A DNA stretch of 64,000 bases from Eledone cirrhosa (lineage: Eukaryota). Both the position numbers and the translations under genes were made by a program. The DNA lies in the NCBI GenBank assembly GCA_964016885.1, contig OZ024741.1:107818001-107882000 (forward strand), in the 5' to 3' direction. The notes beneath the pieces were generated by a model that was not told the DNA's origin, ran no database searches, and saw only the letters and a program-made list of their open reading frames with translations. This document shows positions 55,091 through 64,000 of the stretch, one piece after another; the stretch's first letter is position 1, and every line of letters begins with the position of its first letter.

Positions 55091-55277
55091 TTGAAATAGG
55101 ATGAAACGAAATTTCATTTCTCACTCTTAGTACGGCACTTAAAAAAAAAAAAGGTGACGTGGTGGCCTTAACACCGTACGGCATAAATCAGGCTGTCCGT
55201 TTGTTTACAAACGGACAAAGCGGGCGTTATAATAAACGTCCGCTAAACTGATACGTACATATATATATGTGTACCTG

Positions 55278-55313
<36 letters not shown>

Positions 55314-55377
55314 TACTACTGTACGTCTGTATACATATATGTATGTACGTATACATACATACTTACATATATATATA

Positions 55378-56817
55378 TTCTTCTGCATCCTCATACTTGA
55401 ACAGCTCTCTATCTAAAATCTATAATATCTGCCTAAATGAAAAATTTACCATTATCTCTAATCTAGATTCTATAATAAATAGACGTACAGATTTGTTTTC
55501 TATCTGCCTGCATAAATTCCATAGGACTTTTCACAAAGTATACAGCTAATATTCAATTCTTTATCAATTTAGAATCTTTTCTCAAAGGCACATATACATA
55601 CACCTCTTTAAAATATACCCATCTTCCTACCTTACTTCAAAGGGCATTATACACTCTATAATACTTGTTTACTCATTACCCTCATTCTATCTTCACCTTG
55701 TAAAATCCTTCATAACATATACATTTGTTTTTTTGACGTTAGAATATTCATCCGCAATTATTATTATTTTTTCTCTCTATCATAAAACTTTTTAATCTCA
55801 ATTTCATCCTTAATTTATTATTTTTTTCTCCCCATCAACGAACTCATTCTTAATACATATTAACTCTTTCTTCGCACATATTATCAACTCCTTCAATATA
55901 CAAACCTTAACTTCACATTATTTTTCTCAAATCATCTAATACACAAACCTTAATAATTTTTTAATACATATTAACTCTTTCTTCGCACATATTATCAATT
56001 CCTTCAATATACAAACTTTAACTTCACATTATTTTTCTCAAATCCTTCTACACACAAACCTTAATAATTTTTTCTCTTCGTTAATTTTGAAATTGCCACA
56101 ATACTTATCAACATACATCTTTTTTGACGTTAGAATATTCATCCGCAATTATTATTTTTTCTCTCTATCTTCATACATAAACTCCCTTTCTTTCCTCGTA
56201 CATATTTTTCCCTTCGTTAATTTTCAAATTCTTTTAATTTATACATTATCTTCCAACGGTTCTCAACCTCTCTATATAAAACAATATATCTTTTCTCAGT
56301 TATAAAAACTATCTCTTTCTCTCTATCACCCATCTCTCCTTCTCCACTTTCACTCTCATCTCCTCCCTTTTTTCATCCTTTCCACCCCACTCCCTAAATA
56401 AAATATTTTTCCTCGTACATATTTTTCCCTTCGTTAATTTTCAAATTCTTTTAATTTATACATTATCTTCCAACGGTTTTCAACCTCTCTATGTAAAACA
56501 ATATATCTTCTCTCAGTTATAAAAACTATCTCTTTCTCTCTATCACCCATCTCTCCCTCTCCACCTTCACTCTCATCTCCTCCCCTTTTTCATCCCCCCC
56601 TCTCTAAATAAAATATTTTTCCCAATATCACACATCAATCTAAAACCACTTTTCATATGTTGATTTAAAACTGCACTATCCACAAGTGTTTTTTTAGCCT
56701 TCATATCATGTTCTCCTGTTTTATCTGATGAAAACACAAATATTATTGCATGATGATGTTTGTTTTTGAAATGCGCATAATAAAATACATGGAACTCCTT
56801 TAACCATCTTTTGATCT

Positions 56818-56824
<7 letters not shown>
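55378..56824 (+). mobile_element. Family F PLE, single unfolded copy
   Basis: Homologous to 19913-21354 with different internal tandem duplications; HHR 56719-56785. Confidence 0.88.
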
Positions 56825-56868
<44 letters not shown>

Positions 56869-57195
56869 ATATAAATATAGTTTTGTGTGGCTTCTTAACA
56901 CATTGTTTAGCTCTGGTTTTTAACTCTTGAGCACTTTGCCAGTATCATTTCTGATTTTTGCGTTTCGCTTCGCTTTTCCTGCCCGCCGAAAATGCGATTC
57001 TCGCTGAATCTTTATTTGTATTAACCTCCCTGTCTTACAATTAACTTGTTAATAATTTCTCTTGACAGGTTAATTGTATAAGTTTATTTTAAAACTACTC
57101 GGTTGAGGACTTATTCGATTTGTTCTATTTATGTTATATTTCGCATGATTTACACTTACTGAATTACTTTGCCAAAATCTCGCTGAATCTTTATT

Positions 57196-57229
<34 letters not shown>

Positions 57230-57418
57230 GAAAACAAGACCATACTATAAATAGAAGCAGTCAAAACGACCAAATTTTATCTCGACCAAGAGGAGGATAA
57301 TAATAATAAAGTATATATCCCTACACGCAAAAAGCGTCTAGGGACACATGTATTGTCCAACCATATGCCAATGTGGTTCAATGGCTGGTTAATACTTATA
57401 TATATATATATATATATA

Positions 57419-57611
57419 GCGAAAGAAATGTGGTAAGGAAACAGGTGGACCATAACGCACCAAAGTACTCAATACTTAGGGTAGTAGAGTGGGTAATAGG
57501 AACAAGTAAGACCCCGACGGCTGAGCTCAAGCCGTTTCGACGGCTAATTCTGTACAGAATTAGCCGTCGAAACGGCTTGAGCTCAGCCGTCGGGGTCTTA
57601 CTTGTTCCTAT
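57419..57611. mobile_element. Family G PLE end: loop-less hairpin plus tail
   Basis: Perfect palindrome centred on CTGTACAG (~57553). Confidence 0.8.
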
Positions 57612-57665
57612 ATATATATATATGAATATATATATACATATATATATACATATATATATATGCAG

Positions 57666-57872
57666 TGAAGGCGTGTGGCTGAGTGGTTAGAGAATTGGAT
57701 TCACAATCTTGAGGTGTGTGAGTTCGATCCCAGGGCGATGCGTTATGTCCTTGAGCAAGATACTTAATTTCACGTTGCTCCTTCTATCTGAAGTTGCGAC
57801 CGATAGATAGAATTAGCCACTGGAAAGATCGACTAAAATATTGTTTCCTCGGTCCGATTTGACGAAAGTCGA
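57666..57872 (+). mobile_element. tRNA-headed SINE
   Basis: TGGCTGAGTGG A box, GAGTTCGATCCC B box. Confidence 0.7.
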
Positions 57873-57875
57873 TCG

Positions 57876-57972
<97 letters not shown>

Positions 57973-58020
57973 AAGAAGTGTAAGTCAACAATTTAAAATT
58001 CCCTTCGTTTATACATATTC

Positions 58021-58079
58021 GCTGTTATATATATTTCGGTGATAACTATTAGACAACAGCTATGACCTCATCAGACAGC
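58021..58079 (-). ncRNA. Canonical type I hammerhead ribozyme
   Basis: gcugu CUGAUGA ggucauagcu...aguuaucacc GAAA UAUAUA UA acagc. Confidence 0.9.
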
Positions 58080-58414
58080 TAGGATTGGAACAGAACAAAC
58101 AGAAAAAACATAACGATGAAATAAAGTTTGCTTCTGTTATTTCGATTTTTTTTATATGCTCAGTGCTGAAGTATGGTCTTCTTTTCACAAAGAACTGGTA
58201 TATATATATTAAAATCTAGAAGACGGTAATTGACGGTCAAAGAATCATCGCCTCGGCTTACGTTTTCTTTCTGTCTTCTGTCGTACTAAACTGAACTCAA
58301 ATGTAATTTATAATGATTGCCTATTGTTATATTTATTTTAATTGTGTCGATTAAATTTTAAAGGTGTCAATCTTTTCCAAATGTTACTTATGTCGCCCGC
58401 AATTTGCCACAAGA

Positions 58415-58454
<40 letters not shown>

Positions 58455-59159
58455 ATATATTCAGCCTATGTATTTTCGAACCGATCCCCGTATATATTCC
58501 TTTAAAGTGTTTAAGTTTTTGGATAATTAGCTTACCCCTCAAGTCTCACGCACATTACAATTGCGCACAATTTATAATTTAAGTGAGGTACATATTACAC
58601 ATACGCACGTTTCCACCCCCAGAAATTCGGAACACAGGTATTGCTGCTATTGTTTTCGAAAAGGGGCTTTCCACTGTATTAAAACAACATTTAGTGGGCT
58701 AACGGTTTTTTCGTAATTTAGTCCTGATCCCCGAAGAGATGCCAGTTTTGCAACAGCTCATCCACTACACAGTGGGGGCCATAACTGGACCCTGTAAACT
58801 AAGGTCACTCAAACATGTTAAGTGTACAAAATTCTAAATATAGTATATATATATATAATTATATATATTTCATCTTTTCGGCTATCAATGCGCATTGTCT
58901 CTTATTTCAAACGGTTCAGCACGTGCTAAACACATGCCCTGTTTCTTTCATTTACCAAATATAGATTTCAGTATTTATTATTTCCTGTTTACATACAAAG
59001 AGACAAACGCGCATAAACCTTCACACACTAACAAACACACATACATATATATAAACAATTTTAGATTTGGCCATATAGAATATGCGTAGTAGATGTTTGT
59101 TGGCACACATGTATAGAGCCTCGTTGTTCGTTACTATTGTCAGCTACATCCACATGTTT

Positions 59160-59828
59160 TCTTCTTCTTCTTCTTCTTCTTCTTCTTCTTCTTCTTCTTC
59201 TTCTTCTTCTTCTTCTTCTTCCAGTGAGGGTCGTGGGAGCACAGTCCTCAAACACTCCTTCCAAAGGCTCCTATCAAAAGCAACAGTCTCTAACTGATTT
59301 GGCTGCATCCCCAAGCGAAACCAGCCATGTTCATGGACGTTATTCAACACTTTTCCTTGGGGTCAACCCCTGGGTCTTCTGCCGATTGATTTTACTCGTA
59401 AAATCTGTACAGCGATTCGTTCCTGAGATATTTTAACCACATGACCATAGTATTGGAACTCTGATCTCTCCATTTGGAAAAGTAGCGGCTCTACTCGGAC
59501 CGCCACTCTGATCTCTGAGCTACGCAGTCTGTCGAGTAACGTTACTCCAAAGACAAATTTTTTACTTATTTCAGCCTCCTGCCTTCCATCACTCGTGAAC
59601 ACGACCCCAAGATACTTGAGCTTCTCTACCTGCTTCAGTAGAATTCTTGTACTCATGTAGAGAGTAGTGTACAGGCTTCCTTGAGAGGACTAGTGTCTCA
59701 GTTTTCGCAGCACTATTTTTTATCCCAGCAATCCAGCACGCGGCCTCAAACGTATCAAGTGCATGTCGGAGATCAGTTTCCAGCATCATGTCATCTGCAA
59801 TTTCCACCCAACTTATTGTACATCCCCC
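59160..59828 (-). mobile_element. RTE-clade LINE 3' fragment with (GAA)n tail
   Basis: IADD, KQVEKLKYLGVVFTSDG, GRRPRG; TTC tract 59160-59221. Confidence 0.8.
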
Positions 59829-60195
59829 ATATATATATATATATATGGTGGATGTACAATAAGTTGGCTGGAAATTGCAGATGACATATATATATACTTT
59901 TAAAAATTATCAAAGAACGGACAAGACAACCAACGGAAAGAAAACAAAACGAAAACATTTTTTTAAAGGGGAAATCTTAAGAAATTATCTTTAAAAAATA
60001 AATATACAAACGGAGGTCACAGAAATCCCCGGTCATCGACCGTTGAGATGGAATTAGGCTGTTTTGACCCTATCAACGGTACTGCTGGTTCAAACGTTGT
60101 CCAAGGGACTAACAGACGAAAGACAAGTATCAATTTATAGCCGTTAAGCTACAGAGGGAGAGACAGAAAGAGAGAGAGAGAAGGAGAAAGATATA

Positions 60196-60304
<109 letters not shown>

Positions 60305-60326
60305 CTAGCTAGATGGATAGATAGAT

Positions 60327-63300
60327 ATATTTCTTTTATTTGCCACTAGGGCATCAAAAGTGGGACAAGTACAAAGGGGGGAGTTTACACAAAAAGGCGT
60401 CCTCAATAAGGAGGAGGCAATAACAAAATATAAAAATAAAATAAGATATAACAAAAAATAAAATTTTTAACAAAATCCTCAATAGAGAGGAGGCGCCTTG
60501 GGGGGTCGCACACACCCCCGAAAAAAGTGTGCAACCCTTCTCCTCAGGAGCACAGAGAAGGGGTGCTCCCTTGGTCTTTCATCTTCCTCACCTATAGTCT
60601 GATGTAGAGTGAAGGCCCATTCACACGGGCCATTCTCGCCACTTTCACCCATCTTTCATAGAAACGGCTGGGGTGCAGCACCTCTCTCTCCATCCTGATC
60701 CTTCTTCCGAAATGATATCGGAAGAAACGGACCAGTTGTTGGCCAGAGAGAAAGGTGCCTGACCTCAGTCCTTTCAGACGCGTCCACCATACAACCTCTT
60801 TCGCCATGGCTATTACGCACAGAAACACCGCCTCTGCTTCATCTTTGAAGGGGGGAGGCGGCTTGATCATTACAATAGACTCGGTGGTCAACCGGATCGG
60901 TTCCACCCTTGACAGCAGTTGTTCGACATAGCCCCACAGATCGGCTACGCCCGAGCAGTGTACCAATGCGTGTGCAACGGTTTCCTCGTCGCACACGCAT
61001 CTGGGACAGATCTTTTTGGCGGGGTCCCTACCCGGGCGCCCGTGTCTGTAGAGCCTTTCTCGAACGGGTAAAGCCCCTCGGTAGCACTGCCAGGCCAGGG
61101 ACTTCTGGAAGTTGTCCATAGGTCCCGGGCTGAATGTCCTACCGAACAGGCTGGCCAGTTCGTCCTCCTCCATGTCTAGGGCTTCTCCGAGGGCGTCGTC
61201 GCACCTGCTGCGTACCAGCCCTCTATAGAATGTTGCGGTGGAGTCTCCACTGATAACCGGATCCGCCTGCCAGAGGGCGGTGAGCGCCTGGGCACACCCA
61301 GTGTGCCAGGCGCCCAGTTTTCTCGGTCTTTGCTTGACCCAGGATTGCAGCTCGGTGAGTGAGACGAGTCTGGGAAAGGTTCGCCTCACAAACGAGGCCC
61401 ACACCGGTTGTCCGGTGAGGAATACGTAGAGGTGCCGTAGCCTTAATGCGTGTTTACGCATCATTAGCCACGGCATCCCCAGCCCTCCTTTCGAAGGGTG
61501 TTGACAGCAGATGGATCTCCTCACCATAGGAGCCCGCCTCTTCCAAAGGAATTGGAAGAGCGCGCGCTCCATCTTGGTGAGGGTTTCCCTTGGGCAGGGC
61601 ACTACGGTCAGGCGGTAGTAGATGACGGACGCTATGTAGGTGTTTGCCACCTCCGCCCGACCTTTCAGGGATAGTTTGCAACTGGCCCACTTCTGGGTCA
61701 GTGCAAACACCCTGTTCGTAACCTCCGCCCAGTTTTTCTCCACCTGGAGGTCCGGTCCGAACCAGACCCCGAGCAACTTCACCGGGCCCTCCGTCCAGCG
61801 TCCGACGACGCCATCGGAGGGCATCGGTCTGCCCCTCCACGTGCCGAGTTGCAAACCGATCGACTTGTCCCGGTTCAGCTTAGCCCCTGTGAACTTTTCG
61901 TACTCCTCCAGTAAGGTGCCGACCGCCTCGATTTCGGAGGCCGTCGACACCATTACTGTCACGTCATCGGCGTAGGCCGACACCGCTTTCCGCAATCCCG
62001 GTTCCAAAGGGATGCCCTGCAACAACTCCAACTTCCGCAGTAGTGGCTCGAGAGTCAACACATACAGAAGGGAGGAGAGAGGGCACCCCTGTCGGATGGA
62101 CCGCGCGATTTTGAACGGCTCCGAGAGGTAGCCGTTCACCTTGACCCTAGAGCAGATGCGGCTGCTGTGCATAGCAGTGATCCAGCCCCTGAAAACGGGT
62201 CCGAAGCCTGCCGCCGCTAGCACCGCATCCAGGTAACCATGGTCGACCCTATCGAACGCCTTAGATTGATCCAAGTTGATCAGAGCCCCACCAAAGCCGG
62301 GTTCGTTCCCAACCCTCTCTATGATGTATCGCATGAGGTGGAGGTTGTCATGGATGGACCTGGACGGGATAGCGCATGTCTGCACATCTCCCACCAGGTT
62401 GCCCACGACAAGCGCCAACCTCTTTGCTAGCACCTTGGCCAAAATCTGTAACTCTGTATTTAGCAGAGTTATGGGCCTGAAGTTACTTATTTCGTCCCCC
62501 TTGTTCTCGTCCTTCCTCACTAGCGTGACTACGCCCTTGGTCACAGTACAGGGAATTCTCCCATTCTGTTGCCAGTTGCAGTAGACCGCCTCGAGGAGAT
62601 CGGGGAACAAGTCCGGCATAGCTAGATATAATTCGTAAGGAAGACCATCGAGACCCGGGGATTTGCGTTTGCCGCATTGGCTCAGCACGTCCTCTATCTC
62701 AGCGGCCGAAATCGGCTCCTCGCAGGACTTCGCCTCCCTGTCCGAGAGGCGCGGCAGGCCGTCGAGGTATGGACCGAAGTCCACGTTCCCAACCGGCTCC
62801 CCGCCCCTCCCGAACAGTCGGGCAAAGTGCCTTTGAAAAGCCTCACACATCTGCTTAGGCTCAAGAATCGCCCGTCCATCCAGGTCTCGCAAAGACCGGA
62901 TGGTGGATTTAGTTCCACTGTTGGCCTCTGTCACGCGGGCCCAGCTAACAGCTTTGGTCCCCTCGTTCCCTAGAGCACGTATTTTACTTCGGACAACGCA
63001 GCCTTCGTGCTTCGCGTCGAAAAACTGGCTCAAAGCCGTTCTCGACGCTAGCACTCTGGCCACGTCGCCGCTTCTAATTGCCTCTTCTACTCTATCTATT
63101 AGCTCCCTTTCCTTCCTATTCCTATCCGCAGCTAGAACCTTACTAAATTCTATCGAGACTACTCTAATCTCTCTCTTTAGAGATACCCACCACCTGCTGT
63201 TGACGATCGCTCCAGTCAACCGTTCCTTAACTAACGTACTAATCCGATTCCTGTAGGCTCTACTTGCCGGCAAGGACAAGTTGAGCTTCCAGTAACCGGG

Positions 63301-64000
63301 GCCCTGTCTATGAGTTCTGTCAAGGTTGACCATGCAGGTCACTAATTTGTGGTCTGAATAGCCAACCATGCGCATTTTTGGACAACTTAAAAAGTCCTTA
63401 TCCTTAATTCTAACTAAGAACCTATCTAGGTACGACCTAGATGATCCGCTACGATTTGCCCAAGTCCAGGTTGGCGCAGTCGGAAAATCTAGTCGATATC
63501 TATCGGCCAGGTCAAATCGACCGATTAACCCTTTGAGGCTATTACACCCCTCTCTATCGGGGCAGGCCCTACGTAGTCCCAGCGTGCATCTAGGATACCA
63601 TTCCAGTCCCCCACTAATAGCAAGGAGCGGGACGTCCCCAGAAAAGTCTCCAGACGATGGAAGAAGTCCGGCCGCATTGACCCGAAAGGGCCGTAGGCGG
63701 CTACCAACCTAAACGCTCCGCCTTTACCACTGCCAAGGTCCAGAACCACTAGTCGACCCTCCGGGTCCAAATGTACCATCTGTGTTGCGAGACCCAGATG
63801 TTTTTGCAGCAGAACGACAACTCCACCCCCACCTCCGGGCTGACAGAGAGATGCGTGCATCTCAAAGTCATCAAAGGTGGGGGCCAGCTGTCGCACGTTG
63901 CTGATCCGGGCCTCGCAAATAACCATCACATCTATACGTTGTGACCTGAGGTCATTTAGAAGCATTGCTTGCTTCCAAGTTGAGCCCAGGCCACGCGCAT
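60327..64000 (-). mobile_element. Tx1/L1-clade LINE (ORF2 and 3' UTR; continues beyond window)
   Basis: APE endonuclease (ICE, YGP, GDWN, LDR, SDH), RT, Cys/His C-terminus; AATAAA near the 3' end. Confidence 0.9.
60592..63375 (-). CDS. LINE ORF2 reverse transcriptase (N-terminal APE part frameshifted, 63525-63965)
   Basis: KSPGLDG, FRPITLLN, LDQSKAFD, RQGCPLS, YADD, CPRC..ET..HALVHC. Confidence 0.93.
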   Translation of the reverse strand: MRMVGYSDHKLVTCMVNLDRTHRQGPGYWKLNLSLPASRAYRNRISTLVKERLTGAIVNSRWWVSLKREIRVVSIEFSKVLAADRNRKERELIDRVEEAIRSGDVARVLASRTALSQFFDAKHEGCVVRSKIRALGNEGTKAVSWARVTEANSGTKSTIRSLRDLDGRAILEPKQMCEAFQRHFARLFGRGGEPVGNVDFGPYLDGLPRLSDREAKSCEEPISAAEIEDVLSQCGKRKSPGLDGLPYELYLAMPDLFPDLLEAVYCNWQQNGRIPCTVTKGVVTLVRKDENKGDEISNFRPITLLNTELQILAKVLAKRLALVVGNLVGDVQTCAIPSRSIHDNLHLMRYIIERVGNEPGFGGALINLDQSKAFDRVDHGYLDAVLAAAGFGPVFRGWITAMHSSRICSRVKVNGYLSEPFKIARSIRQGCPLSSLLYVLTLEPLLRKLELLQGIPLEPGLRKAVSAYADDVTVMVSTASEIEAVGTLLEEYEKFTGAKLNRDKSIGLQLGTWRGRPMPSDGVVGRWTEGPVKLLGVWFGPDLQVEKNWAEVTNRVFALTQKWASCKLSLKGRAEVANTYIASVIYYRLTVVPCPRETLTKMERALFQFLWKRRAPMVRRSICCQHPSKGGLGMPWLMMRKHALRLRHLYVFLTGQPVWASFVRRTFPRLVSLTELQSWVKQRPRKLGAWHTGCAQALTALWQADPVISGDSTATFYRGLVRSRCDDALGEALDMEEDELASLFGRTFSPGPMDNFQKSLAWQCYRGALPVRERLYRHGRPGRDPAKKICPRCVCDEETVAHALVHCSGVADLWGYVEQLLSRVEPIRLTTESIVMIKPPPPFKDEAEAVFLCVIAMAKEVVWWTRLKGLRSGTFLSGQQLVRFFRYHFGRRIRMEREVLHPSRFYERWVKVARMARVNGPSLYIRL

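Noticed and set aside
59061-59436. Poly-R/S/L/E ORFs, one resembling a signal peptide
   Set aside because: Translations of the RTE (GAA)n tail
61238-63256. Plus-strand ORFs overlapping the LINE
   Set aside because: Antisense shadows of a GC-rich coding frame

Overview
AT-rich eukaryotic repeat desert with no recognisable host gene. The abundant (TA)n/(CA)n tracts and SINE types suggest an octopus/cephalopod genome (inference). The window is dominated by Penelope-like retroelements (PLEs) inserted in (TA)n tracts, usually as asymmetric fold-back structures; one keeps a ~700-aa RT+GIY-YIG frame. By manual reading, about 19 type-I hammerhead ribozyme (HHR) copies from about 12 sequence families are present, including U4C and U3-A8 core variants. 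The top finding is two short non-coding direct-repeat elements (11088-11817, 17690-18360). Each carries a hammerhead whose three core strands are in a non-circularly permuted order, with a kink-turn in stem III and covarying helices between the two families. Also present: tRNA-derived SINEs, RTE and Tx1/L1 LINEs, Helitron-like, Chapaev-like and hAT-like DNA transposons, and several TA-centred inverted duplications of unrelated DNA. All RNA folds were derived by hand, not computed.
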